64,000 nucleotides of DNA. It comes from a virus. The number at the start of each line of letters is the position of its first letter. Position 1 is the stretch's first letter. The position numbers and the translations under genes are program-made. Shown here in pieces: positions 36,759-45,758 of this stretch. The notes beneath the pieces are model-generated. The model was not told the DNA's origin, did no database searches, and saw nothing but the letters and a program-made list of their open reading frames with translations. Location of the stretch: IMG/VR virus record IMGVR_UViG_3300021378_000019, positions 4,182 through 68,181 of that record; one strand, given 5' to 3'.

Positions 36759-37015
36759 CCCCCATTGGGGGTTGAGATTTCAAAAGATGTAATGAGTTGG
36801 TGTGCAGACATGCAGATAGGCTTCAGGTAGCTATCATAAGCACCATCGAGCCACATACCGCGGTAGAAGATTGCATCTGTGTGAAGCTCATTAAAATTTT
36901 CATCTGAGGTATCGATCCAGTAGTAACGCTTCGACTCGCGTATGAGTGCAGGAGCTTCAAGATCGCGTTCAACATGGTCATCGTAGAAGCGCTTTGTAAT
37001 CCGAATCACTGTCAT
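36755..37015 (-). CDS. hypothetical early protein
   Basis: ORF driven by P6. C-terminal STPNGG codons form the palindrome. Confidence 0.55.
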   Translation of the reverse strand: MTVIRITKRFYDDHVERDLEAPALIRESKRYYWIDTSDENFNELHTDAIFYRGMWLDGAYDSYLKPICMSAHQLITSFEISTPNGG

Positions 37016-37044
37016 AAGTTTTTCCTTTCCTAACTTATAATATG

Positions 37045-37073
37045 ATCCTAAACCATTTCAAAATAAATGTCAA
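37045..37073 (-). promoter_or_regulatory. sigma70-like promoter P6 (TTGACA-N17-TAGGAT)
   Basis: GGGGTTGACATTTATTTTGAAATGGTTTAGGAT on the minus strand. Confidence 0.5.
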
Positions 37074-37081
37074 CCCCTAAG

Positions 37082-37288
37082 TTACAATTTATCTGGTCCA
37101 TGAGAAGTAAATTCCATGCCAGACATATTGCCAACGTAGATCTTACCGTTCCAGCGCATTTTGATCTTTGAGTTAGCAATCCAAAGATCGAAGCTATCTT
37201 TTTCTTTCATGTTGTCACATTCAGCTTCAACTGTAGTGTCGGTTTGTGTTCTTGTTACTTTACAAGTTTGCTTGTAATATATTTTCAT
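37082..37288 (-). CDS. hypothetical small protein
   Basis: 68-aa ORF. ATGA overlap with upstream nuclease gene. Confidence 0.5.
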   Translation of the reverse strand: MKIYYKQTCKVTRTQTDTTVEAECDNMKEKDSFDLWIANSKIKMRWNGKIYVGNMSGMEFTSHGPDKL

Positions 37289-37953
37289 ATTTTGTATAGC
37301 TCCTTGAATTTTTTGCGAACCTCTAGAAAATGCTGGAGATAGTCATATGTGTTGATTTTAAAGACTTGAGATGGGCCATCATCTACAGTGATAATAATCA
37401 CGGCTTGTTTGATTGGAATACCAGTTGTTTCGAGAAAGGCTGCAGCATAGAAACTTGCTTGAATGAAGTAGTTTGTAATCCATTCTTCTTTCTTTTCTTT
37501 ACGAGATGTTTTGAAATCGATAATAGAAAGTTCTCCGTCAAACTCAGCAATGCAATCTACCTGGCCTGCGCACTTGAGCTTGTCACTGTAAAGAAATGTT
37601 TCCTGCATCCAGATGTTGTTGAGTCTCTCGTCAAGCACTGATTTTATGCCATTGAACGAAACAATACTAGTAGGCATGTGGCCTTTCTTATAATCTTGTT
37701 CGTTATTGAGGTAGTCCTCGGCAAGTTTATGAACTGCTGTACCACGCTTTGAAGCAAAAGATGATATTCGATTTGCTTCTTCTTCACCCACTCTTGCGCG
37801 CCATTCTTGGATTACATCCTTGCCGAGAATTGACAGCACTGTTGTAATAGATGGGTAAGCGTTACCTTCTGGTGTGAAGTACTTTCTTCCAACATCGGTA
37901 TTCTTTCGAGTAATTTTAGGAATTACAATTCCATGATCGACGTGTGTAAACAT
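37285..37953 (-). CDS. PD-(D/E)XK family nuclease (Cas4/RecB-like exonuclease fold)
   Basis: GTAVHKLAE ... CAGQVDCIAEFDGELSIIDFKTSRK ... QASFYA fits the D..(D/E).K plus QxxxY pattern. Confidence 0.6.
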   Translation of the reverse strand: MFTHVDHGIVIPKITRKNTDVGRKYFTPEGNAYPSITTVLSILGKDVIQEWRARVGEEEANRISSFASKRGTAVHKLAEDYLNNEQDYKKGHMPTSIVSFNGIKSVLDERLNNIWMQETFLYSDKLKCAGQVDCIAEFDGELSIIDFKTSRKEKKEEWITNYFIQASFYAAAFLETTGIPIKQAVIIITVDDGPSQVFKINTYDYLQHFLEVRKKFKELYKI

Positions 37954-37982
37954 AATATAAGCCTTGTGTAATTATTGTTTGT

Positions 37983-38300
37983 TTATGCTCCAATGAACAC
38001 TTTGAATGATCCTGATATAATAATTCCTCTATCTGCAGAATCTCCTATTTTTGCCATAGGTCTTCCAGCAGCGTTTACTCTTGTTGAACCAGTATTTATG
38101 ATTGCGCCATGCGGCACGCATTTTCTTCCTGAGCGTATTGTATGAGGTGCTATTACATCTCCAGCGCATGCTGCCAAAGATCCATTTACAAAGACTCTTC
38201 CTGTCGGTCCTGTAGCTCCAGGCCCTGATATTCCTGCTATCATAGAGCAAAGGTGACCAGTAATGATTTTATCTATTTTTATTCTAGCTGCGGCTGGCAT
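37983..38300 (-). CDS. PAAR-repeat protein (gp5.4-like spike tip)
   Basis: MPAAARIKID, LAACAGDVIAPH and AAGRPMAKIGD form three PAAR-like motifs with His/Cys ligands (GHLC, CVPHG). Confidence 0.7.
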   Translation of the reverse strand: MPAAARIKIDKIITGHLCSMIAGISGPGATGPTGRVFVNGSLAACAGDVIAPHTIRSGRKCVPHGAIINTGSTRVNAAGRPMAKIGDSADRGIIISGSFKVFIGA

Positions 38301-39070
38301 TAGTATCTACTCCTTTGAACTAATCCGGTGAGTTCTTGTATTCCTGGAACCCAATTCCAATGATAGTCTTGCGTTGTTTCAAATACAACAGTTTCGGCAA
38401 TTAGTGTTGTGGTTTCTACATAGGTTATTTCGAATGAAAAGGAACCGGTTACCATAAAAATTGGTGGTGTTATCCATGCGTAAACTGAAGTTTCACTATC
38501 TGCATTGTCGGTTTGAGATGGCACGTAAGATTCAAATAATCCATATTCAGTTTCATCATCTGGAAATATTGAAGTAGTAAGATCGATGAATTCTAGATTT
38601 GCTGTTTCAAAACTTGTATTTGCAGCAGGTTCTGTATTTGCAGTACCAATTTCTATGTTGGCCGACGGTGTAGTATTTGCATCTGCACTTGTATCATTTG
38701 GATCTTCTGGAAAATCTGGAAATATTGAGGTATTGGCAACTATAAGCTCATCTCCAACCTCGTTGTATCCATATTTTACAAAATGAAATTCTTCTCCTGG
38801 AAATATTTCTTCATTAGTGTTTCGTTCTAGTCTAACAGAATTTACGCCATCTGTTGCTGTAATATAATTAGGCGCGCTCAATGTGGTTATGTTAACAACT
38901 TCATAAGTTCCTTCTTCTTCATCGTCAACGCTGAAGTTGACCGTGAAACCAAACTCTATGTTTCCATAGATTGGAGGAAACTCATCGGTGCCTGGATCAA
39001 GTTCGTATCCAGGCACCTCTGTGTAGTTTACAGTATTTGCTATACTAAAACTTACGTTGACGTTAGTCAT
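38300..39070 (-). CDS. acidic Thr/Asn/Glu-rich protein of unknown function, translationally coupled to the PAAR gene
   Basis: 256-aa ORF. Its stop overlaps the PAAR ATG. Composition is virion-like. Confidence 0.55.
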   Translation of the reverse strand: MTNVNVSFSIANTVNYTEVPGYELDPGTDEFPPIYGNIEFGFTVNFSVDDEEEGTYEVVNITTLSAPNYITATDGVNSVRLERNTNEEIFPGEEFHFVKYGYNEVGDELIVANTSIFPDFPEDPNDTSADANTTPSANIEIGTANTEPAANTSFETANLEFIDLTTSIFPDDETEYGLFESYVPSQTDNADSETSVYAWITPPIFMVTGSFSFEITYVETTTLIAETVVFETTQDYHWNWVPGIQELTGLVQRSRY

Positions 39071-39819
39071 GCTGCTTCAAGTAATCTTTCTTTTGCAATA
39101 ATGTACTCTTTTACTAGTCCTGAGCGAACTATATCTTCAATTCCAAACCTAACAGTTTCAAAAGATCTAATACCACTTAGTACCTTGAGGAACATAGCAA
39201 GACCTGAAATGTCTGCTCTGTTTTTACCTTGTTTAAGATCATCCTGTGCAGTGTCACCGCAGAAAATTATTTTTGAAGACTCTCCAACTCGTGTAATAAT
39301 CGTGTCTAATTCATGATAGTTCATTGATTGACACTCATCCACTATAATTACCGAGTTGTCGAAAGTAAGTCCTCGAATATTTGATGATGTGGTAAATTTG
39401 ATCATTCCTTTTTGCTTGAGTATCTGATAAGCGTCTCCACGACCAAAAAGATTATTTACGATGTCCACGTATGGCGCTTCAAAAATAGCTTCTTTTTGCT
39501 GTAGAGTTCCTGGGACGAATCCCTGTTCGCGCGTCTGAACTGCAGATCTGATAATGACGATTCTCTCATACTCTCCTTTCTCTAATACGTCTTGAAGTGC
39601 AAGAAATGTAGCACACATTGTCTTGCCTGTGCCTGCTGTTCCGATGGCCGCGAGATTGTATCCTTGTTTATAAGAATTGAATAAATTAGATTGAGCTGGA
39701 GTTAGCGGTTTGATCTGCTTCATTCCAAACTTAGTGTTTAGAATTTGCATCATGTGATCGCTATCTTTATCTTTTCTGTTTTTTTCTCTTCTGGATAATC
39801 TGCGCTGTTTTACTGCCAT
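39067..39819 (-). CDS. phoH: PhoH-like ATPase
   Basis: AIGTAGTGKTMCATFLAL (Walker A), IIVDECQSMNYHELDTIITRVGESSKIIFCGDTAQDDL (Walker B and downstream motif). Confidence 0.85.
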   Translation of the reverse strand: MAVKQRRLSRREKNRKDKDSDHMMQILNTKFGMKQIKPLTPAQSNLFNSYKQGYNLAAIGTAGTGKTMCATFLALQDVLEKGEYERIVIIRSAVQTREQGFVPGTLQQKEAIFEAPYVDIVNNLFGRGDAYQILKQKGMIKFTTSSNIRGLTFDNSVIIVDECQSMNYHELDTIITRVGESSKIIFCGDTAQDDLKQGKNRADISGLAMFLKVLSGIRSFETVRFGIEDIVRSGLVKEYIIAKERLLEAA

Positions 39820-39854
39820 GAAACCTCCTTATGACCTAGAAGTATAGTGTCCTT

Positions 39855-40091
39855 CTAGAAATCATTTACTGTGTTATATTTGTGAGCATTTTTTGCTTTT
39901 TTGAGTACATCACGAAAATTATCATCGGGTCTACGGACACCGATGCGCACCGAGTCAACGATACCCGGAAATCTTTTGAAAGTTTGCTTTATGTGAGGAT
40001 TTTCTTCTAGTAGCAACTCGCGCTCTGAGTTGCTCATTATTTCTTCAAATTCTTCAAGCGTATTTTCGTCTCGAAACGAATACGTAGGCAT
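39855..40091 (-). CDS. hypothetical protein
   Basis: Start moved to internal Met (MPTYSF...) so that the minus-strand TATAAATA at 40166-40173 lies upstream. Confidence 0.45.
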   Translation of the reverse strand: MPTYSFRDENTLEEFEEIMSNSERELLLEENPHIKQTFKRFPGIVDSVRIGVRRPDDNFRDVLKKAKNAHKYNTVNDF

Positions 40092-40165
40092 TGAGTCTCC
40101 TTTATAAAAATGGCGGCATGCAGAAGCAGACCGCCGTTCATTACATAATATAATCTGCTTAAGTT

Positions 40166-40173
40166 TATTTATA
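40166..40173 (-). promoter_or_regulatory. candidate T4-type late promoter (TATAAATA on minus strand) inside the early cluster
   Basis: Exact reverse-complement octamer. Overlaps the stop of 40169..40750. Would transcribe 39855..40091, phoH, the 256-aa protein and PAAR. Confidence 0.4.
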
Positions 40174-40750
40174 CAAGCATGTCGTGAATTTCGCGCCAAT
40201 TTTGTACTTTTGTAATGAGTGAATTTGAAAATTCTTTATTGTGATCGTGCTCAATCAAAATAGGATTGAGTCCAGCAAATAGACCTGCCTCTGCATTTTC
40301 TGGTTTGTCTTCTACCCAAATGCAACCGCTATTACTATATGGCTCGAGAGCTTTATCTTTATCAGCACCGCAATCAAGACATACGATTTTTTCAAATACA
40401 GTTTTTCCAAAAAGTGCTTCTAAGTTTTTCTTACGAAGTTTACCTGCGTATTCGTCTAGACTTAGAGACGTGATGCAGTGAAAGATAAAACCGTGATCTT
40501 CGTGAAGCTTGCGAACATACTTTACAGCATCTCGAAAGGGAGGAAGCCAACCCACAGCTGCAGACTCGTTGAAATGTCTAACCAGATTTTTAGCATATTG
40601 CTTTTGAAGTCCATACATGATAGCAATATCATAGTTATCTGCATCTTCAATTTCGTATCCACGCTGATGCATCCAACGTTGAAAGCTGTAAAGCCAATCA
40701 AGAAGTACGCCATCACAGTCGACGAGAATTAGTTTGTCACTTAGTTTCAT
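40169..40750 (-). CDS. HAD-superfamily 5'(3')-deoxyribonucleotidase-like hydrolase
   Basis: ILVDCDGVLLDW (DxDGV motif I) and overall NT5C-like layout. Confidence 0.6.
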   Translation of the reverse strand: MKLSDKLILVDCDGVLLDWLYSFQRWMHQRGYEIEDADNYDIAIMYGLQKQYAKNLVRHFNESAAVGWLPPFRDAVKYVRKLHEDHGFIFHCITSLSLDEYAGKLRKKNLEALFGKTVFEKIVCLDCGADKDKALEPYSNSGCIWVEDKPENAEAGLFAGLNPILIEHDHNKEFSNSLITKVQNWREIHDMLV

Positions 40751-40773
40751 ATTGATACCTTTTTCATTTAAAA

Positions 40774-41184
40774 TTATACAACTTCTGCAAGCATTTCATT
40801 TATAGCTTCCTGAATACGAAACTCTTTCTTCGCACTGTAGCTAAGACCAAAGTGGTAGCAGAAGTAATCTGCGCCATACTGAAGGTCAAAGTCGCTAAGC
40901 TCTTCAGCTTCCATAATCCACTGAAGAGCTTGAACTTCGCTTTTGGCTCCGAGTTCATACATTTTTTCTAGGCGCTGAGTAAGTACAAAAGCTGCTCGAG
41001 CTTGTTCACGGTGTTCGCGGCCAATATCTTCAGATAACTCTTGACACAGCGCGTCCCACATAGTCTGCTTTTGGGCTTCAGAACAAAGGTTCCACTGATC
41101 CCACCAGTACTGAGTAGGACGAAAACCGCGAGCATCTTTATGAAGATCGGAAACAATTTGCTCTTCGAAGGTATACTTAGTCAT
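40774..41184 (-). CDS. hypothetical early protein
   Basis: 136-aa ORF driven by P7. Confidence 0.6.
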   Translation of the reverse strand: MTKYTFEEQIVSDLHKDARGFRPTQYWWDQWNLCSEAQKQTMWDALCQELSEDIGREHREQARAAFVLTQRLEKMYELGAKSEVQALQWIMEAEELSDFDLQYGADYFCYHFGLSYSAKKEFRIQEAINEMLAEVV

Positions 41185-41213
41185 AAGAGGTTCCTTTTGT
41201 TTTACCTATTATG

Positions 41214-41242
41214 ATATTATACTGATTCGACACAAATGTCAA
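41214..41242 (-). promoter_or_regulatory. sigma70-like promoter P7, conserved family (TTGACA-N17-TAATAT)
   Basis: GTTGACATTTGTGTCGAATCAGTATAATATCATAATAGG on the minus strand. Confidence 0.6.
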
Positions 41243-41412
41243 CCGTCTTTTTTATCTAAATTTTGTTCTTCAAACACTGAGTGTTTTTCTTGAACTTTTT
41301 CCCGTCGTTTTGCACGGCGATTTTCCATGCGTCTTTCTTTTCGTTGATGTTCGTTATCATCACCCCACTCATCATCCCATTCTTCGCAAAACTTCTTGAA
41401 TGACTTAGCCAT
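41239..41412 (-). CDS. unlisted small ORF (57 aa, highly charged) filling the gap upstream of P7
   Basis: MAKSFKKFCEEWDDEWGDDNEHQRKERRMENRRAKRREKVQEKHSVFEEQNLDKKDG. ATG overlaps the upstream stop (ATGGCTAA). Below the 60-aa ORF cut-off. Confidence 0.35.
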   Translation of the reverse strand: MAKSFKKFCEEWDDEWGDDNEHQRKERRMENRRAKRREKVQEKHSVFEEQNLDKKDG

Positions 41413-41842
41413 TTTTTTCTTCTTTCTTGTAGATCAAACCAGGAAAAGCTTCTTCGATTACGTTTTTTGAAAGACCCTTAATAGGCTTCTGTGTAATCAT
41501 TTTGCATAGCAACTCTGCATCATCGTTATTAATATCTTCAAGCAAGCTAATGAAAAGATTTTCACGCTTTACTTGATTGAGATTGTCATATCCACCACCC
41601 TTTACAAAAATACGAAGACGTCTCGCTTCTTTGTATAGCATACCTTCAATACCAACATAGTCATTTTTCTTCCAAGGCGGAGGCGTATTTGGTATGAGAA
41701 ACTCTACGTTGTCTTTGTCATATGTATAACGCAAAACTGTTTGAAGAGGAACAGAAGAGTTATCACGTAGCCATTTTACTTTTTCTTGGTTATTTTTGAG
41801 ATCGGCTGCTTTATTTACGATCTCTGAAATTGAGAGTTGCAT
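41405..41842 (-). CDS. hypothetical early protein
   Basis: 145-aa ORF. ATGA overlap with rnh. Confidence 0.6.
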   Translation of the reverse strand: MQLSISEIVNKAADLKNNQEKVKWLRDNSSVPLQTVLRYTYDKDNVEFLIPNTPPPWKKNDYVGIEGMLYKEARRLRIFVKGGGYDNLNQVKRENLFISLLEDINNDDAELLCKMITQKPIKGLSKNVIEEAFPGLIYKKEEKNG

Positions 41843-42699
41843 TAGAAGTCCTGTATGTCAGTGATTAGATTTTTGAGTTTTTTCTGAATGAAGTAGTTAA
41901 AGAGTTCGCTACGGCTGATTTTCTTTTCTTTATTGAACTCTTCGATAGACTGCTGTTTGTATTTTTCTGGTACTTCAGAAAGGTCAATCATAGTTCTATT
42001 ACGGTGAAAACGACGAAGTGTTTCAGCGTCCATATTTTCTGGACCTTTAGAATACAACTCAATGCGCTTTGCAGTCATAGGTTTTTGTCGTTCACCAATA
42101 GCAAGGCAGTTATCTGGAGAAAGGATATTTGGAACTCCATCACCAGTGTCACCTTTCAATACGTGTTCGACGAGATACTTTGCAGGATCTTGATTTCGTA
42201 CCCACTTTTTACGCACAGGATCAAATTGTTTGACGTTAGCGTAAGTGTGAAGTTGAATGTAGTCTTTATCTCCAGAAAGAATAAGTATCTGCTCGGCACC
42301 GATATTTAGCTCAGTTCCATACTCGTGAGCAATAGTACCGATGATATCGTCAGCTTCGCAACGATCTACTTTAAGTACTTTATAGGGAAAAAATTCTTCA
42401 AGTTCTTCACGAATCATGTTGATAATTCGGAATAGTTCATTCCAATCTAATTCAGATTCACCACGAGATTTAGAACGATTTGCCTTGTAGTAAGGATAGA
42501 TTTCTTTGCGCCATCCATTTGTACTGTCAACGCAAACGACGATTTCGCCAAATTCTTCATTGAATTTCTTTCGGTTTGCCCGAAGAGAATTCAAAAACAT
42601 GTGACGAATCAGATTTTCGTCAATGTCAATATTGTGGTGATTGCCGATATTTGCAAAAAGAGATGCCAACATTACTTGGCTATAATCTACGAGTATCAT
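41842..42699 (-). CDS. rnh: RNase H / 5'-3' exonuclease (FEN-1 family)
   Basis: MILVDYSQVMLASLF, DRCEADDIIGTIA, ILILSGDKDYIQLHTYANVKQFDPVRKKWV and KGDTGDGVP align along T4 RNase H. Confidence 0.85.
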   Translation of the reverse strand: MILVDYSQVMLASLFANIGNHHNIDIDENLIRHMFLNSLRANRKKFNEEFGEIVVCVDSTNGWRKEIYPYYKANRSKSRGESELDWNELFRIINMIREELEEFFPYKVLKVDRCEADDIIGTIAHEYGTELNIGAEQILILSGDKDYIQLHTYANVKQFDPVRKKWVRNQDPAKYLVEHVLKGDTGDGVPNILSPDNCLAIGERQKPMTAKRIELYSKGPENMDAETLRRFHRNRTMIDLSEVPEKYKQQSIEEFNKEKKISRSELFNYFIQKKLKNLITDIQDF

Positions 42700-42732
42700 T
42701 ACAGTGTTTCCATCTTAATTTCATATAATAGT

Positions 42733-42761
42733 ATCATATCATCATTCTTCTGATTTGTCAA
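42733..42761 (-). promoter_or_regulatory. sigma70-like promoter P16 (TTGACA-N17-TATGAT) upstream of rnh
   Basis: GTTGACAAATCAGAAGAATGATGATATGAT on the minus strand. The -35 lies in the 3' end of 42742..43116. Confidence 0.5.
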
Positions 42762-43116
42762 CAACTTTTTCATCTTCATCTTCATTTTCGAGATCGTCTT
42801 TATCATCCTCTTCGTCTTCAAGATCGATAAACTCTGCAGCAAAGTCTTGAAGAGGATGATGAATGCCACTCGTTTGCAAATGAAGAGACTTGATAGCTTC
42901 GTGAAGTAACATAATAGATGGATAGTACTCTTTAGAGTCTTCGCCAAAGCCGCATCCAGCTCTTACCATTTCTGATAATACATGACTCCAAAGAAATTCT
43001 GATATGTCTTCTGCGAAACTAGTCTTATAGTCAATAAGTTTTTGTGTCAACTCTTCAGGAGATTGAGGAGGCGAATCAAGCTTCATCTTAGGAAATTTGA
43101 TAATATTGTTAGCCAT
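42742..43116 (-). CDS. acidic hypothetical protein
   Basis: 124 aa, C-terminal DEEDDKDDLENEDEDE tail. Preferred over the overlapping out-of-frame ORF 42699..42947. Confidence 0.55.
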   Translation of the reverse strand: MANNIIKFPKMKLDSPPQSPEELTQKLIDYKTSFAEDISEFLWSHVLSEMVRAGCGFGEDSKEYYPSIMLLHEAIKSLHLQTSGIHHPLQDFAAEFIDLEDEEDDKDDLENEDEDEKVVDKSEE

Positions 43117-44062
43117 TTTTTAGTGTTTCCAATAAGTTGTTCCAACTCTGAGTAAAACTATTTATTCCGTTTCTTGACAGCGCAAACCTATCGGATAAAG
43201 TAAAGTTGTTAAAAAAGCTTTCGTCTTTTTGAATTTGCAGCAACACATTTCTTGTTATGCTATAACAAGCTGCAGCGTGTTGCTGAGCCACTTCGGTGTA
43301 TTCGTAATAGATTGAAGCGTTACCGGCAGTTTCAAGAAGAGCACCATAATTTGGATGAATACAAATGAGACCGCTTCGAATAGCTTCAACCAATGCAATG
43401 CACGAAGTTTCCTGCCAGATGCACGGATACATGAAGATATGACTATCGTCAAGTGCTTTCAAAACTTTTTCGTTACTGACTGTACCGTGATAAGTCATGC
43501 TAGGATGCGACTTAACATTTTCAAAAAGCTGTTTATATGGTTCATCTCTTTGCTTCCAACCATAAATTTCGAATGATGAATATACGTCGAGATGAATATT
43601 ATCAAACTCTTTTGAAAGCGCATCAAAAATCGGATAAACAAGTTCAAGACCACGATGCGGAGTTGTATGATAAATGAAACGAATTTTACTAGTATCACGT
43701 TTCTTTGGTTTATATTCTTTTTCGATAGCATTGGGGATTACAGTACATTTAGAATATGGAATACCAAATGACGTGATATACGCATCACGCTGCCATTGTG
43801 AAACAAAAACAAAGTGATCAAACTTTTTCCAACCGCCATCTTGAAGAACGCGATTTTCAGGATCACCAACTAGATCGTGACAGTAAAAAATGTTTTGTAC
43901 GTCACTGTACATTTCACGTGGTCTTGAAAGATGAATAGCAAACTGTTTGAGAAGTTTTTGATCCACGTTGTCGATGATGCGCGAACGCATCATCTCAGTT
44001 CCACCGCGAGCATTTTGAGATAGCTCACTATTTTTTACTTCACCTTTGTAGATGCAGCTCAT
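43109..44062 (-). CDS. GT-B fold glycosyltransferase (GT4-like)
   Basis: C-terminal ETSCIALVEAIRSGLICIHPNYGALLE matches the GT4 E-x7-E region. 317 aa. Confidence 0.55.
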   Translation of the reverse strand: MSCIYKGEVKNSELSQNARGGTEMMRSRIIDNVDQKLLKQFAIHLSRPREMYSDVQNIFYCHDLVGDPENRVLQDGGWKKFDHFVFVSQWQRDAYITSFGIPYSKCTVIPNAIEKEYKPKKRDTSKIRFIYHTTPHRGLELVYPIFDALSKEFDNIHLDVYSSFEIYGWKQRDEPYKQLFENVKSHPSMTYHGTVSNEKVLKALDDSHIFMYPCIWQETSCIALVEAIRSGLICIHPNYGALLETAGNASIYYEYTEVAQQHAAACYSITRNVLLQIQKDESFFNNFTLSDRFALSRNGINSFTQSWNNLLETLKNG

Positions 44063-44322
44063 AGGTTATGCTCTGCGCTGAACTCTTTTACAGAGTCCCA
44101 ACGAAAAGATCTCCATCCCGAGTTTTCTACGTCCCATACAGCTAATACATCTGGGTTTGGTGTTTTCTTTTGCACTGCTTCTTCTAGATCAATTTGCTCT
44201 GGTAAAAGCGACTCATTTAAACTGCAGTGCATAATACGAGTATCACCATTTGCCTTTGTGAAGATGATCTTGCAGATACCTTCGTGAAGTTTTTTCGTGA
44301 TGTCTTCTTTATCTAATGTCAT
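44059..44322 (-). CDS. hypothetical early protein
   Basis: 87-aa ORF, overlaps the GT gene by 4 nt. Confidence 0.55.
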   Translation of the reverse strand: MTLDKEDITKKLHEGICKIIFTKANGDTRIMHCSLNESLLPEQIDLEEAVQKKTPNPDVLAVWDVENSGWRSFRWDSVKEFSAEHNL

Positions 44323-44329
44323 TTTTATC

Positions 44330-44602
44330 TCACTTCATGATGTACGAGTTTTTTTCACGATCTTTAGCAGTCCCACGCATAAGATCATTCATACGAACTC
44401 GAATGCGCCGTTTATTAGTCTCATCTTTATTTGGATTGTCGATTGTTACCCAAGGATTATGACCCTTGAGCCAAGCATTCTGCTTGTCGATAAGCTTGTC
44501 GCCTTCGCTTTTTCCTGCGCGCATCAAGCGCCGAGTAGAGCTGCTTACGTTGCTATGAACGCCACCAGATACGACGCCTTTAGATTTACCACCTTTTCCC
44601 AT
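44330..44602 (-). CDS. basic Gly/Lys-rich hypothetical protein
   Basis: 90-aa ORF. Confidence 0.5.
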   Translation of the reverse strand: MGKGGKSKGVVSGGVHSNVSSSTRRLMRAGKSEGDKLIDKQNAWLKGHNPWVTIDNPNKDETNKRRIRVRMNDLMRGTAKDREKNSYIMK

Positions 44603-44617
44603 AATATAGTCTCCTTT

Positions 44618-44845
44618 TCATATTTTTTCAAGTTTGAGTAGTTCAAGTTCTCTTAGAATATTATAGCTTAATTCTGTAGTTTCGATTGTAGGATCAAGAC
44701 GAATACACGCTATAAATTTATCCATAAAGAGTATTTCTTTTGAGTTTCTCGAGGCAATTGTAATTGATTCAAGTACAGTCTCAAGATCATAAGGATTTTC
44801 TAATAAAATACGGCTATGCGGCTTTTCCTTCTTTTGCTGTTTCAT
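44618..44845 (-). CDS. hypothetical small protein
   Basis: Start trimmed to internal Met (MKQQKK) to limit overlap with the kinase gene. Confidence 0.35.
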   Translation of the reverse strand: MKQQKKEKPHSRILLENPYDLETVLESITIASRNSKEILFMDKFIACIRLDPTIETTELSYNILRELELLKLEKI

Positions 44846-45461
44846 CGAGTGCCTTTTCTGATTGATATATTTTTTGAAGGACGCCATGAAAATCTTTGAT
44901 TGCACCGTTATTGTGTATCCTATAAGTGCTGATTGCAAACTTATGAGGAAGAACGTGCTGCTTTTTGATTGGCGTCTGATGATTCAAAACATATTCTTTG
45001 ACTAAATTTCCATCAAAGTAACGACGAGAATCTGTGGAATAATCGCATCCATCTCGCGTGAGCTGAACCAAAACAATATTTTCAGTTCCAATCTTATTTA
45101 TAATAGGAGTTAATTCTTCAATAAACCCACCGTCAGAAATGACGTAGTCTTTACCTTCTTCTAGCTCATCTGCTACGCATCGTCCAAAAAAATCCAATCC
45201 TTCTACTGGCTTGATGATTTCTTCTGAAACGTGTATCAACGCTGTTCTGCGTGAAAAACCGCGAAGATTTTTTTCAGGTCTTTCTTTGATTTTTCTATCA
45301 TCGTAGTCTTGCATAAACCACTCACAAGACACTCCAAAGTAATCTGCAGTTTCTTTAAAAAGTACATGCTTGAAGCTTACATGTTTATATCCAAAATGTT
45401 TGAAGTAAGACGCAGCTTCATCTTTTCCAGAGCCTGGAGGGCCGTTAAAAATAACGATCAA
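44814..45461 (-). CDS. P-loop nucleotide/nucleoside monophosphate kinase-like protein
   Basis: VIFNGPPGSGKDE Walker A. Size and layout resemble phage dNMP kinases. Confidence 0.5.
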   Translation of the reverse strand: MIVIFNGPPGSGKDEAASYFKHFGYKHVSFKHVLFKETADYFGVSCEWFMQDYDDRKIKERPEKNLRGFSRRTALIHVSEEIIKPVEGLDFFGRCVADELEEGKDYVISDGGFIEELTPIINKIGTENIVLVQLTRDGCDYSTDSRRYFDGNLVKEYVLNHQTPIKKQHVLPHKFAISTYRIHNNGAIKDFHGVLQKIYQSEKALDETAKEGKAA

Positions 45462-45693
45462 ACTGCTGCCTCATCATACACATTGTCAAAAATGATATCT
45501 TCAATTTGTTCTGAAAATGCACTATCCCATTCTTCAGGAGTAATGCCAGACAAAATGAATTCACGGTCCTTGTCGTTCAGATAAGGCATGATATCCTGTA
45601 CACTACCTAAACCTTTTTCCCAAGCAATAAGATCATCAGGGTTTACTGGAATGTCATAAGTACGTACTACACCAGTGATTACACTTTTACGTT
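45458..45693 (-). CDS. hypothetical early protein
   Basis: Start set at MLIKRK (GGAG RBS), downstream of the P8 -10. The listed start at 45739 lies inside the promoter. Confidence 0.5.
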
Positions 45694-45729
45694 TGATCAG
45701 CATTTGTATCTCCATGATTCTATAATTAC

Positions 45730-45758
45730 ATATTATCACAAGCTAGTATAAATGTCAA
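45730..45758 (-). promoter_or_regulatory. sigma70-like promoter P8 (TTGACA-N17-TAATAT)
   Basis: AGTTGACATTTATACTAGCTTGTGATAATAT on the minus strand. The -35 overlaps the TGA of 45755..46171. Confidence 0.5.

Noticed and set aside
42699-42947. Minus-strand ORF (82 aa) between rnh and the acidic 124-aa gene.
   Set aside because: Overlaps 42742..43116 for almost its whole length in a different frame and has odd Lys/Met/Leu-rich composition. The acidic ORF plus promoter P16 explain the region.
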